Below are positions 24,673-39,036 of a stretch of 64,000 nt of DNA, piece by piece. The notes below the pieces were generated by a model. That model searched no databases and had not been told where the DNA came from. It saw only the letters and a program-made list of their open reading frames with translations. A program made the translations under genes and the position numbers. The DNA is from Octopus sinensis (lineage: Eukaryota): positions 109,554,001-109,618,000 of the forward strand of contig NC_043005.1 of NCBI RefSeq assembly GCF_006345805.1, in the 5' to 3' direction. How positions within the stretch are numbered: the first letter of the stretch is position 1; the number at the start of each line of letters is the position of its first letter.

Positions 24673-26113
24673 CCCTTTGCACTAACTTGTCTAAAGAATG
24701 AATGGATACAATTTATATATGAATTATTAAATTTTCATCAAACTTTTCCAAATGTCAGAACTTCAGATGGAAATTTGACTGCAATTAAGTATGGTTTTCT
24801 GGTACCAAATCTTGAGTTATTTACTACGTTTGTTAAAAGAAACGAACTTGGCTTCCTCAGTACATGTCCTTCCTATAAATGCTAACATGTCATAAAAGAC
24901 AATAAAAGTTGAATAAAGAATCAGATTTATATCAAATCGCTTTTATTTCTTCATAACTTTGGAACTTCCATCAAAAATTATCTCTATTTCTTTTTCTTTA
25001 TTTTCTGACTTTTCCTTTTATCTTTTTGTTCTTTTAATTTGTTGCTGCTGCTCTATCTGTTTTATATTTATATACTATATCTGAATGGTCAATCCAAAAA
25101 TTTGGCCAAAAGAAGGTACGAGGCGATGAACATTGGCGGGAATGAGAGTGTGGTAGGGGTATAAAAGAGAGAGATGTGATGAGATAGATAATAAACATTC
25201 TTTTTAGCTAAAATCTTTCTTCTTAAATGTTCTAAATATAATATATGTACTGTTAGATTATGAAAACAAAAGATTAAATATGGCTGCGTATCAAAAATTT
25301 GGGCTGCCTCTGAAAATTTGAAGGAATGAAACACCAAAGGTTGTTTGAGAAAGAGATTGGCTGAATTAGGATTACGTATTTTTGGCAGTCAGCTATCTTA
25401 AACATCATGTTTTATAAGGACAAGATCACAACAAACAAACAGCAGAATTTCAGATGAACAAAACGATGGATCGATTGATGTGTGGGGGTTGGCTGGGTGT
25501 GACAAACTGCGATGTGTATGTCGGGAGGTGTATCCATGTGAGCATGCGTTTCTGTGTAACTATGTGATGGTGTATATGTATATATATATGGATGCTTTGG
25601 TGTGTGTGTGCATGTGTATGCACTCGTATGTTCTTGTGAATGTATTTGTGTAATTATATATTATATAATATATATATATAAATATAAATATTATTATATA
25701 TATATATAAAAATATATATATGTATTATATATATATATATGTATTATATATATGTATTATATATATATATCATATATATATCATATATATATTATATATT
25801 AATATATATGTATATATACGTATTATATATATATACGTATTATATATATATGTATTATATATATTATATAATATATTATATATATATGCATACATACATA
25901 TATATATATATGTATGTATGTATGAATGTATACATAATTCCCTGTATCTGAAGTTTGGTGTTGATGACCAATATATGAGTACCTATGTCCATGAATACAT
26001 ACACACACATATACATACATATGTATATAAATATATATGTATGTATATAACTATCTATCTGTCTATGTATTTATCTATCTTTTTATCTATCTATGTGTAT
26101 GCACGTATGCATG

Positions 26114-26146
<33 letters not shown>

Positions 26147-26438
26147 TAGAGAGAGAGAGAGAGAGAGGCAATAGATATTTGAAGGTTCATGGGCATGTGT
26201 TTAGTGTGTTGCCCTCACAGTTGCATGATCATAGCTTCAATTCCCACATCAACAGGGATTGTGTTCTTGAGCAAAACACTTCATTTCACATTGCTCCAGT
26301 CTACTTACCTGAGATTGTATAACTCTGCAATGGACCAGCATTCTTTTCAAAGGGAAGGTGGGCTTGCCTGCCAAGCCAGTGAAGTACAATTGCAACTTGT
26401 AACCATCTTGTACCTCATGGTATAGTTAATAGGGAAAA

Positions 26439-26550
26439 GGCGGCGAGCTGGCAGAATCGTTAGCACGTCGGCTGGAATGCTTTGCGGTATTTCGGCTGCC
26501 GCTACATTCTGAGTTCAAATTCCACCAAGGTCAACTTTACCTTTTATCCT
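26439..26550 (+). mobile_element. SINE family C, 5' part
   Basis: GGCGGCGAGCTGGCAGAATCGTTAGCACG head. Confidence 0.75.
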
Positions 26551-26744
26551 GAGTCAGTAGAGCGTTGATTGTATAGATTGCTTCACATATTTTATTCCAG
26601 TTTTCTATGCTCTGGGTTCAAATCCCATTGCCGTGAACATTGCTTTACATCCTATCATGCTCAATAAAATGCCTGTCCTTGATTCTTCGGTGTTATTCTT
26701 TCTATTTTGGTCTTGCTGCCATTCTTCCTACTTCCACTTTTATC

Positions 26745-27250
26745 ATTTACTTTTTTCTATCATTGAACTGTGGCCATTCTGGGGCACAGTCTTTGAGGGT
26801 TGAGTCGAGGAAATTGACCCCAATGCTTATTCCTTTTAAGTCTGATACCTTCTAATTTATGAGCAAATCGAGCCCAGGACTTACTCTTTGTAAGCCTAGT
26901 ACTAATTCTAGTTCTTATTCTATCAATCTCTCTTGACAAACCACTAAGTTATGAGGATGTAAACATACCAGCATCGGTTGTCAAGCGATGCTGGGGGTAC
27001 AGACACAGACACACAAAAAAGAACGCACATACACACATATATATATATTATGTATATATGCATATACACATACATACATACATAATATATATATATACCA
27101 TGGGCTTCTTTCAGTTTTTGTCTACCAAATCCACTCACAAGGCTTTGGTCAGCTTAAGGCTATAGTGGAAAACACTTGCCTAAGGTGCCACACAGTGGGA
27201 CTGTACCCAGAACCATGTGGTTAGTAAGTAAGCTACTTACCACACAGCCA
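26745..27250 (-). mobile_element. SINE family A (rearranged 3' end)
   Basis: Reverse complement of family A. Confidence 0.8.
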
Positions 27251-27446
27251 CATCTAAACCAACATGAATTATTGAGTGGTGTAAAGGGATCAGTAACAAA
27301 CTGGACAAAATACTTAGTGGCATTTTGTTCATCATTACGTTCTGAGTTCAAATTCTACTGATGTTAACATTGCCTTTTATCCTTCCAGGGTCTTTAAAAT
27401 GAGTACCCGTTAAATATTGGGGTTGATGTAATATGTATGTATGTGC

Positions 27447-27760
27447 TTTTACTCTTTTACTTGTTTCAGTCATGTGCCTGTGGCCATGCTGGAGCACCGC
27501 CTTTTAGTCGAGCAAATCGACCCCAGGATTTATTTTTTGTAAGCCTAGTACTTATTCTATCGTTTTTTTTTTGCCAAACCACTAAGTTACGTGGACGTAA
27601 ACACACCAGCATCCGTTGTCAAGTGATGTTGGGTGGGGGGAACAAAAACAGACACACAAACATATACACACACATACATATACATATACATATATTGATA
27701 ACGAATTATACATATATACGATGGGCTTCTTTCAGTTTCCATCTACCAAATCCACTCACA
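27447..27760 (-). mobile_element. SINE family A, 5'-truncated
   Basis: Reverse complement of family A 3' two-thirds. Confidence 0.85.
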
Positions 27761-28213
27761 TGTCGACCCAAAATTTTAGTCGACCCAAAATTTCTACTCT
27801 TGTTCTAAAATTTGAAATCAGATTTTGATCAAGGTACTGTAGTGTAGGACTGAGACTGAAAGAGCATGAATGCAGGAAGGGCTTCTTAACTACACAGCCA
27901 TGCCTTCAGATCTAGAGAGAGAGATGGGTTCTGTCACATGTGTAAAATTGCCCAAAACCACATGTTATATCACTGTAGTGACCCTTCAACATCAATAGGA
28001 TATGAGGGCCCAAGGTAATAATGCACAGTGCATGAGCATATGTATATATACATTCATTTGATTGAATATATTAGTGTGTATGTGCATGTACAGTTATTGG
28101 TACACATATACACATACACACACTTAGAAACACACCTCATGACCATACACACACATATTTCATATGTGTGTGTCATAAGGATCTCTACATTGTATACATG
28201 ATTTTTCCATGTT

Positions 28214-28244
<31 letters not shown>

Positions 28245-28257
28245 ATATATGTGTATA

Positions 28258-28661
28258 GGCGTAGGAGTGGCTGTGTGGTAAGTAGCTTGTTTACCAACCA
28301 CATGGTTCTGGGTTCAGTCCTACTGCGTGGCACCTTGGGCAAGTGTCTTCTACTATAGCCTTGGGTTGACCAAAGCCTTGTGAGTGGATTTGGTAGACGG
28401 AAACTGAAAGAAGCCCGTCGTATATATGTATATGTATGTATATATATGTCTGTGTGTCTGTGTTTGTGACCCCCCCCACCAAGATCGCTGGTGTGTTTAT
28501 ATCCCTGTAACTTAGTAGTTTGGCATAAGAAACCGATTGAATAAGTACTAGGCTTTCAAAGAATAAGTCTCGGGGGTCGATTTGCTTGACTAAAAGGCGG
28601 TGCTCCTGCATGGCCACAGTCACATGACTGAAACAAGTAAAAGAGTAAAAGAGTAAAAGAG
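28258..28661 (+). mobile_element. SINE family A, full length
   Basis: Head to (GTAAAAGA)n tail. Confidence 0.9.
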
Positions 28662-28694
<33 letters not shown>

Positions 28695-28800
28695 ATATAT
28701 ATACATACATATCTATATCCATACATCCATACATATATATATACATACATACATATATATAATAATATTATATATACAATACATATATATATATATATAC

Positions 28801-28833
<33 letters not shown>

Positions 28834-29269
28834 CATACATACATACATAATAGCTATATATATATATATATATATATATATACTATATATATATATATAT
28901 ATGCTATAAGTGTGTCTATGTATATATGCATGTATGTTCATTTGCATATGTATATATGCTATAAGTGTGTATATGTATTTATATATATATCTATATATAT
29001 ATATATATATGCATACATATGCATATACACACACAAATGACATATAGCATGTATGTGTGTACACTTGTTAGTGTCTGTGTTCTTTGGGGAAGTATTTGAG
29101 CACCAAATTAAATGTTCAAATGACAAGTATTGTTTTATTGTTTTATTGTTTTATTGCGATGGTTTCTATTGTTTGTGTTGTTTTGTTAATATAGTGACTT
29201 ATGATTTAGTATATTTGCATAGCAGCTGGGAGGGAGGTGTGTGGGTGGAGATAAGGAAGCTGGAGGAAA

Positions 29270-29325
29270 CTACCACAATAACAGCTATAACATCAACCAC
29301 CGCCACCACCAAGGCGACTACTACA

Positions 29326-29369
<44 letters not shown>

Positions 29370-29433
29370 TACTACCACCACCACCACCACTACTACTACT
29401 ACTACCACCACCACCAACAACAACAACAACATC

Positions 29434-29478
<45 letters not shown>

Positions 29479-29680
29479 GCCACCAACAACAACAAGAACA
29501 CCACCTACAAACATCACCGCTGCCGCTACCACCACTGCTGGCACCTATGCCACCTCCACCACCAACAACATTACCCTCTACTACTACTACTACCATTGCC
29601 ACCACCACTGCTGCTACTGCTGCTAAAAAGCAACAGCAAATGCTACAACAACTATGACAAAAACAACAACAACCTGACTA
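29270..29680. repeat. Compound trinucleotide repeat (ACT/ACC/AAC)n
   Basis: Direct reading. Confidence 0.9.
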
Positions 29681-30000
29681 AATATTAACAAAGCACCACA
29701 AATGTAACAGTAACTGCCAAAGTGAAACCAGAAGAACAGAATCAGCAACAAACATACATATACACACACATATATACATGTGTATATGTTAGTATGTATA
29801 TACGTACGTATGTTCGCATGTATGTATGTGTGTATGTATATTTGTGTACATGTATGCATCAAACTGGAGTCTGGTGCAGCCTTCCAGCATGCCAACCCAG
29901 TCAAACCGTCCAACCCATGCCAGCATGGATAACAGACACTAAATGATGGTGATGATGATGATGATATATAGATGTGTGTATGTATATGTATAAATATATG

Positions 30001-30051
<51 letters not shown>

Positions 30052-30130
30052 TATATATATATGTATATAATATATATAATATATATGTATATATATATAT
30101 ATATATATATGTTATATATATATATATGAT

Positions 30131-30168
<38 letters not shown>

Positions 30169-30191
30169 CACATATGTATATATATAAACAC

Positions 30192-30251
<60 letters not shown>

Positions 30252-31617
30252 GGGATATGGAAAGAAAGGGGGAGAGAGCAAGAGGGAGAGATAGCTACAT
30301 GCATACGGGAACTCGTATATAGATGTAAATATATACAAACACATGAACCAAAAAACAAACAACGCCTCCATTACTCTGATGTCACCCTCTATCCTCTCTC
30401 TCTTTCTCTCTCTCTCTCTCCTTTTCTCTCTCTCTCTCCTTTTCTCTCTCTCTCTCTCTTTCCCTCTCGTCACAAAATCTCTCATTCTCATAAACATGCA
30501 GACAAATAAATACATACATACATGCATGGATGTGCGCATTCTCATATACACTTGCATACACAATTTATTCCCCACCCCCATCACCAATCTCCATTCCTAC
30601 CCAATCACCAAATATTATTGAAATATATCAGGTGAAAGGTCATCATAAAGATGTCTCTTTTTTTTTCTTTGTTTGATTGTATTCTGTTGTTATTTTTATA
30701 TTTTGCTATTCTCAATCTGTGTAGAGATTGAAAGACCTGCAGAAAAAGCGATAAAACATAGTATATGTATACATACACATGCACACACTCACATGTGTAC
30801 ATAAATGCACACACATATACACATACTTACACACGCATATCATCATCATGATCTTCTTCAACAATAACAACATTTTTAGATTGGCTGGAATTTTTGAAGC
30901 AGTGCTTTACAGTTGGATACCTCTCTTGGTGCCAGCCATTTTGTACCTATACATACACACAAACACACACACACACATTACTTTCACACCCCTTTGTACC
31001 ACTGGTCACCACTATCCTTCTCTTCTTCTTATCTATCATGCAGGCTCCCCACCTCACATGCTATAACTTTAAACCACCTTTATCAGTTCTTTGGATACCT
31101 CACCAACCACTCCACCTACCTATATACTACATGGGGTAGTTCTGATGTCATTCCCCAGCGATCGTTGCCAAGTCGATGTTCAGATGACATATCTTCACCT
31201 TGGTTTCTTCTGACTTGTGGCATCTGAATGTGTCCATGTGTCCAGGAGATTCCTTCTCTGATGCAGTCCACTGATATGCTTCCCCTACACAACCTGAAGT
31301 CAGTCCTCGATGAGTGCCTGTTCCATCCCACCTTTTGCTTGACCTTGAAAGATGACCCCTTCCAGAAACTTGATGTCTTTAGGTAGTGTCTTCCTCTTGA
31401 AGACGACATACGGTAGCATCTTTCTTCCATCAGCCATGTAACCTAGCATCACTGTAAACCAGTCCTTCTCATGACCCATCGTGATGATTTCCCCTGTCTT
31501 CTCCCCATTCTCAGCAACACTTCTCACGACCGGAAGATTGAACATGAGGGGAATATGGACTGTGTTACCAATGTGGATCAAAGTGCATTAAGGCCATTTA
31601 CACAGGTTGATGATAAA

Positions 31618-31846
31618 GCAGAGAGCTGGCAGAAACGTTAGCATGTCGGGCAAAATGCTTAGCGGTATTTCGTCTGCCGTTACGTTGTGAGTTCAAATTC
31701 CGCCAAGGTCGACTTTAACTTTCATCCTTTCGGGGTCGAAAAATTAAGTACCAGTTACGCACTGGGGTCGATGTAATCGACTTAATACCTATGTCTGTCC
31801 TTGTTTGTCCCCTCTGTGTTTAGCCCCTTGTGGGTAATAAAGAAAT
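31618..31846 (+). mobile_element. SINE family C with 14-bp TSD
   Basis: AGGTTGATGATAAA at 31604-31617 and 31847-31860; splits the pogo ORF. Confidence 0.9.
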
Positions 31847-32434
31847 AGGTTGATGATAAACTGCTGGAACTTCTCAGTCTTTCTGTCAAGATCTGGCAGC
31901 TGCTGTGCAATGTGGGTGCCACGCCTGATAGACAGATCATGCCTGCACATAAACCAGAAAGCCCGTGATGTGCTGGAACAGAAGTCTCTGATGCCGAAGT
32001 CTTTGATGCTCTTATTAGCCTCGATTTGAAGGGTGAGTGTCAACACCGTGAGTCCCACCATCCTCTTCTCCTTCACCCATCCGAGAAGCCTCTCCCCCAA
32101 TTCCAGCCACTGCTCTGTCTTTCCCTTCAGCACCTTCTTCTTCTTGGGCATCAGCTTGATTGTGGCTTTATTGGAGTGTCATCATTGGACAACAGATTCA
32201 TCAAACCCAAAGTGATGGCTCTCTGCATGGTTTCCAAACTCCTCAGCAAACATGAAAACTGAGAGCTTGAAGGTGGTTGTGATTGCTCATCTCGGCATGA
32301 TGATTTGGCTGTCGTTGAACTTGAAGAGCAAAGTAGATGAGTCAGTAAATCTAATTACAGGCCAAACAATAGGATGTAGCTTGAAAGATTCCTTTGATCA
32401 TTACCATTTTCTTTGTGTTTACGTAGATATATCT

Positions 32435-32694
32435 CTGTGCCGATGGCACGTAAAAAGCATCATCCAAATGTGGTCGATGCCAGCCCTGCCTTGACTGACT
32501 TCCGTGCCGGTGACACATAAAAAGCACCCACTACACTCTTGGAGTGGTTGGCGTTAGGAAGAGCATCCAGCTGTAGAAACTCTACCAGATCAAGATTGAA
32601 GCTTGGTGCAGCCATTTGGTTCGCCAGCCCTCAGTCAAAATCGTCCAACCCATGCTAGCATGAAAGCGGATGTTAAACGATGATGATGATGATG
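32435..32694 (+). mobile_element. RTE-type 3' UTR fragment
   Basis: Module ending in (GAT)n. Confidence 0.8.
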
Positions 32695-33007
32695 TTACCT
32701 AGTAGATACATTTCGTCAATCATGTTCAAGAATAAATCACAGGTCTCCCTCTCTCTCCTTTCCCTATACAGCGAGTGAAGTCATACATCCAGGTCACCAG
32801 ACAATAGTCGTTTACATTGTAGACCTGGGAATTACTGAACATGGTAAACCAGAAGATGAGTGGAAATTGCAATCAGCTGTCAATCATAGTGCATTCGTTG
32901 AACAAAGGGTAGAAATCCTTGCTACATTTCTACCCACACATGTCCCTCTTCTACAGGGCTGCAGTACCATCGAAGTGGAGGCTGCAACTGAGACAACACC
33001 TGCACAC

Positions 33008-33450
33008 ATCATCATCATCATCATCGTTGTTTAAAGTCCGCTTTTCATGCTAGCATGGGTTGGACGATTTGACTGAGGGCCGGCGAACCAGATGGTTGTC
33101 CCAGGCTTCAATCTTGATCTGGCAGAGTTTCTACAGCTGGATGCCCTTCCTAATGCCAACCACTCCAAGAGTGTAGTGGGTGGTTTTACATGCCACTGGC
33201 ACAGGGGCCAGTCAGGCAGTAATGGCAATGACCTCGCTCGAATTTTTTTACACATGCCACCGGTACAGGTGCCAGTAAGGTGATGCTGGTAAGGATCACA
33301 CTTGAATGGTGCCTTTTACGTGACACCGGCACAGAAGCCATTTAGCCACTCTGGCAACGATCATGCTCAGATGGTGCTATTAGCACCCTATCAGCATGGT
33401 GGTCAAGTGCCAGTAAGGTGACGCTGGTAACGATGACACTTAAATGGTGT
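33008..33450 (-). mobile_element. RTE-type 3' UTR fragment
   Basis: (ATC)n then reverse complement of the module. Confidence 0.8.
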
Positions 33451-33819
33451 CACAATGGCTTGAAATGTATAATGCCATAAGAGCGTATGACGACACTGAA
33501 ATAGGAATACTAAGACAGTTTTTTTTTACTCGTTTTAATGACAAAATTTGTAAGGGAAGCTAGTACCACATGAATCTTGGATAATTACATGAAATAATGT
33601 TCGTGTTTTAGACTAACTGTTCCTTGTATCTATGTATAAACCGCACCCCACTTTCCTGGATTTTTCCAGCAGAAAAAGTGCGGTTAATACACTGGAAAAT
33701 AGAGAAATCTTTTAGCATTCAGATCACTCTGTCAAAAGTGATGCTTATTTATTCATATTGTTTTGAATTAATCCTACATTACCATGTAGCTTTGAGATTT
33801 TGATGGTGTACTCTTACTC

Positions 33820-33970
33820 TCTCTTTAACTCTTGCACTTGTTTCAGTCATTTGACTGCGGCCATGCTGGAGCACCACCTTTAGTCGAGCGAATCGACCCC
33901 AGGACTTATTCTTTGGAAGCCTAGTACTTATTCTATCAGTCTCTTTTGCCGAACCGCTAAGTTACGGGGA
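33820..33970 (-). mobile_element. SINE family A 3' fragment
   Basis: Truncated at 33970 by the next element. Confidence 0.8.
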
Positions 33971-33982
33971 TTCTAGCAAAAA

Positions 33983-34020
33983 CTGTCCGATGAACGGCAA
34001 TGGGAAACTCAGAGTAACAG
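33983..34020 (+). ncRNA. Minimal type I hammerhead-like motif (U4C variant) in a PLE-terminus-like element 33971-34125
   Basis: CUGU-CCGAUGA-ACGGCAAUGG-GAAA-CUCAGAG-UA-ACAG; downstream AATAAA; element ends in (TA)n. Confidence 0.55.
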
Positions 34021-34121
34021 GTTTTGTTGAATTTTCTGCTGCTTTAAATAAAGTATATTACTCTACCGCTGGTATTTGAGTACTCTTTTTTCCAACTTGT
34101 TTCACATTTATGTGTTTACTC

Positions 34122-34174
<53 letters not shown>

Positions 34175-34226
34175 CATACATACACACACACTCTTTCACT
34201 CTCTCTCTCTCAAATATACACAAACA

Positions 34227-34308
<82 letters not shown>

Positions 34309-34530
34309 TGTGTGTGAGTGTACGTACATGTCTGTCCAAGAAATAATCACAAATCTCATATCTACATATCTTGTAATATTATAATAGCCAAGCTGTCAAA
34401 AGTCTGTGATCCCATCACAACCAGATTTGATCTATGGTTATAAGCCTTTACCCCCTATTATTAAACAAAACAAGATTTCTCTTTCTGATATATCTATTTG
34501 TATGTGTATCTATCTATCTATATATATATA

Positions 34531-34631
<101 letters not shown>

Positions 34632-34748
34632 ATCTATCTATATATATATATGTATATATGTATGTATGTATATATATATTTATGTATATGTATGTATATG
34701 TACATATATATATATATATATATATATTTGTATATATTTATGTATATG

Positions 34749-34785
<37 letters not shown>

Positions 34786-34917
34786 GTATATGTATGTATA
34801 TATATATATATATTTGTATATATTTATGTATATGTATGTATATATATATATATATATACATATATATTTATGTATATGTATATATATATATGTATGTATA
34901 TATGTATGTATATATAT

Positions 34918-36005
34918 GCATGTATATATATATATATAGAAAGAGAGAGAGAGGGGAGAGAGGAGAAAGAGATGTATATATGTATATATATAATATATAT
35001 ATATATGACACATATACAAATATAGAACCACCCACATATATACACAAAAGGGAAAGTCTGTGTGCATCTATCTATCTATCTTTCTACCTATCTATACATA
35101 TTTAGATACATATGCACATACATATACACATACATACATGTGCACACGCTCACAAACACACACACACATATATATACACACACACATATATATACACATA
35201 CATACATGTGCACACGCTCACAAACACACACACACATATATATATATATATCTATCTATCTATCTATCTATATATATATATATTATATATACATATATAT
35301 CTATGTATATGTATATATATATATGTATATATATATTATTATATATATATATATATTGTATATATATATATATCTATCTATCTATATATATATATATACA
35401 ATATGTATATATATATACATACATACATGTACATGCACACATATACAATATAGATATATATATATATATTATATATATATATATCTATCTATCTATATAT
35501 ATATATGTATATGTATATATATGTATATGTATATATATATATATCTATCTATCTATATATATATATGTATATATACATATATATGTGTATATATATATGA
35601 ATATATATATATATATACAATATGTATATATATATGTATGCATATATGTATGTATATGTATATATATATGTATGCATATATGTATGTATATGTACATATA
35701 TATATATACATATACATACATACACACACACACACATATATATGTATACATATATCAATATACATATTATGTCATATAGATATGTATATCATATTTATTA
35801 TATATATCTTCCTTTATTAATAATTTTGATAAATATATCAAAGTCTCTATGATTTTATGCACACACACACATGTATATATGTCTGTGTGAGTGTGTGTGT
35901 GTGTATACATATATATATGGCTGTATATATATATTGTATATATATATGTATATATATATATATATATACATATATATGTGTATATATATATGAATATATA
36001 TATGT

Positions 36006-36055
<50 letters not shown>

Positions 36056-36380
36056 GTATATATATGTATATATGTATGTATGTATATATATATTATTATA
36101 TATATATGTATATATACATATATGTATATATATATATGTATGCATATATGTATGTATATATTATATATATACATATATATATATTTATGTATATGTATGT
36201 ATATTATATATATATATGTATATATATTTATGTATATGTATGTATATGTATATATATATATATACATATATATCTATGTATATGTATATATATATATGTA
36301 TGTATATATGTATGTATATATATATGCATGTATATATATATATAGAAAGAGAGAGAGAGGGAGAGAGAGAAAGAGATGTA

Positions 36381-36411
<31 letters not shown>

Positions 36412-37371
36412 GACACATATACAAATATAGAACCACCCACATATATACACAAAAGGGAAAGTCTGTGTGCATCTATCTATCTATCTTTCTACCTATCTAT
36501 ACATATTTAGATACATATGCACATACATATACACATACATACATGTGCACACGCTCACAAACACACACACACATACTTAATCACCCAGGCACATGTACAC
36601 ACACTCACATGCGCTCACACAGACAATTGTATATATTTCTAATTGCACTCTTTCACCTTTATATTTTCATTGATATGACTCCCTTTTTCCCTTAAATGTT
36701 TTATTGATTATGTTATTTTTTTATATTCATTCATAATTATTGGATTTTTTTTTTCTATCTTCCCTATAATTTTCAAAATTGGTATTGCCATTTTCTAGCA
36801 CACACTGTTCCTGACCCTTTATTTTCAGATTAAAAAGTTATATATTTTTTGCGATTTTTTTTAGTCTCTCTTATCTTTATTGCTTATGGTTTTTAATTGT
36901 TTCTGTATATATTTTTTTTTCATCTCAACTAAAGTGAAAAATGCAAAACATCACAAAAATTCGTGTCTTTCATTTTGCAATTATTTTTCTCTTACTTTGA
37001 ATCTGTTTTATTCATTGAATGTATGCGTGTGTGTATGTGCACATGTGTTCTAGTATGTATGCATTTATGTATGCACATACACATACACATATATATACAC
37101 ACACACATATATATGTATACATATATCAATATACATATTATGTCATATAGATTATGTATATCATATTTATTATATATATCTTCCTTTATCAATAATTTTG
37201 ATAAATATATCAAAGTCTCTATGATTTTATGCACACACACACATGTATATATGTCTGTGTGAGTGTGTGTGTGTGTATACATATATATATGGCTGTATAT
37301 ATATATATGTATAATATATGTATATATATATATATATATATACATATATATGTGTATTATATATGAATATA

Positions 37372-37428
<57 letters not shown>

Positions 37429-37740
37429 GAATATATATATATATATGTATGTATATATATATTATTATATATATATATGTATATATACATATATGTATAT
37501 ATATATATGTATGCATATATGTATGTATATATATATATACATACATACATGTACATGCACACTACATACAATATATATATGTATATATATGTATATATAT
37601 ATATACAATATGTATATATATACAATATATATATGTATATATACATATATGTATATATATATGTGTGTATACATATATGTATTTATATGTACATACATAC
37701 ATGTACATGCACACATATACAATATAGATATATATATTTA
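34918..37740. repeat. Interleaved local duplications inside a giant (TA)-rich tract
   Basis: Block A (GGGAAAGTCTG) at 35050 and 36455; block B (AAGTCTCTAT) at 35841 and 37213. Confidence 0.85.
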
Positions 37741-38320
37741 TCTACATGTATGTATACACACACACACACACACACACACACGTTATCATCATCGTCGTCA
37801 TTTTGCATCCATTCTCCATGCACACATGGCTTGGAGATTTTGATGGAATCCACCAAGCTGCAAAGCCATATCAAGCTTCAGTGTAAGCCTTGGCTGGGTT
37901 TTTTTTGTTACGTAATGCCAACCACTTTACAGAGTTGACCTGGATGCTTTTTGTATTATTTCTTCGTGCCACTGGCACTAGTGAGGTTGCTGTGTAAACT
38001 TGCAAGATAGAAAAAGAACAGGGCAAAACGGAAAAGAAAGAAGCTCCAACTACTAAGATGGGTGTATTTGTGAGAAGAAAGTGGAGGGGCATCCCTCTGT
38101 GCTAGATGTCACAAGGCTAAAGTATGATAGAGGGGCAAGCACAGGTGTCTTGGTGTCGGGGAAATACATGCCTGAAGTGAATTAACAAATAGTAGTGATG
38201 AGGTGCTAGAGCAAACTCTCGTGGTACAAGAGGGTGAGCATAAGAGAGGATACAGACAGTGGGTCATAGGAGAAGATGAGAGAGGGGATGATTTCATAAG
38301 AGAGTGAGTGAAGGGTAACA

Positions 38321-38723
38321 CTCTTTTACTTGTTTCAGTCATTTGACTGTGGCCATGCTGGAGCACCACCTTTAGTCGACCAAATCGACCCCAGGACTTA
38401 TTCTATGTAAGCCTAGTACTTATTCTATCGGCCTCTTTTGCCGAACCGCTAAGTTACAGGGACATAAATACACCACCATCGGTTGTCAAGTGATGTTGGG
38501 GGAACAAACACAAACACATAAACACACACACACACACATACATATATATATACATATATACGACGGGCTTCTTTCAGTTTCCGTCTACCAAATCCACTCA
38601 CAAGGCTTTGGTCGGCCCAAGGCTATAGTACAAGACACTTGCCCAAGGTGCCACGCAGTGGGACTGAACCCGAAACCATGTGGTTGGTAAGTGAGCTACT
38701 TACCACACAGCCAGTCCTACGCC
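38321..38723 (-). mobile_element. SINE family A, full length
   Basis: Reverse complement of family A. Confidence 0.9.
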
Positions 38724-39036
38724 TATGATGATTAAAGATGAGGGTAAAGGTAAATGTCAAGCGTGGTGAACAAGGATGGAGATGCTGTTGAAGAAAATAC
38801 AAGGATGGAGAGGAGTAATTTGAGAGTGGCTCGGGAAGGGGAATAGATCAAAAGCATGTGATTATGTGCAAGGTGTAGGAGCAATAGAGAGGGGAAGATA
38901 TAGGGGTAAATAAGGGGCTATAGTAAGTGGGGTGTGATGAAAGATATGAGGGAGAGCATTGTGAATATCAGCTGATAAAAGAGGTATTGAGAATGGTGTA
39001 TAGCGAAGGGGAGAGATCAGAGTGTTATATCGCAAT

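Larger units (their letters stand above)
31050..33702 (-). mobile_element. Decayed pogo-family DNA transposon (CENP-B HTH + DDE_1), with nested insertions
   Basis: WLELGERLLGWVKEKR..FWFMCRHDLSIR (HTH) and GHEKDWFTVMLGYMADGRKMLPYVVFKRKTLPK (DDE_1); probable terminus AAACCGCACCCC...AAAAAGTGCGGTTAATACACTGGAAAATA at 33635-33702. Confidence 0.8.

Noticed and set aside
29053-29688. Mucin-like poly-Thr ORF (211 aa)
   Set aside because: Trinucleotide repeat open in several frames; no splice or compositional support.
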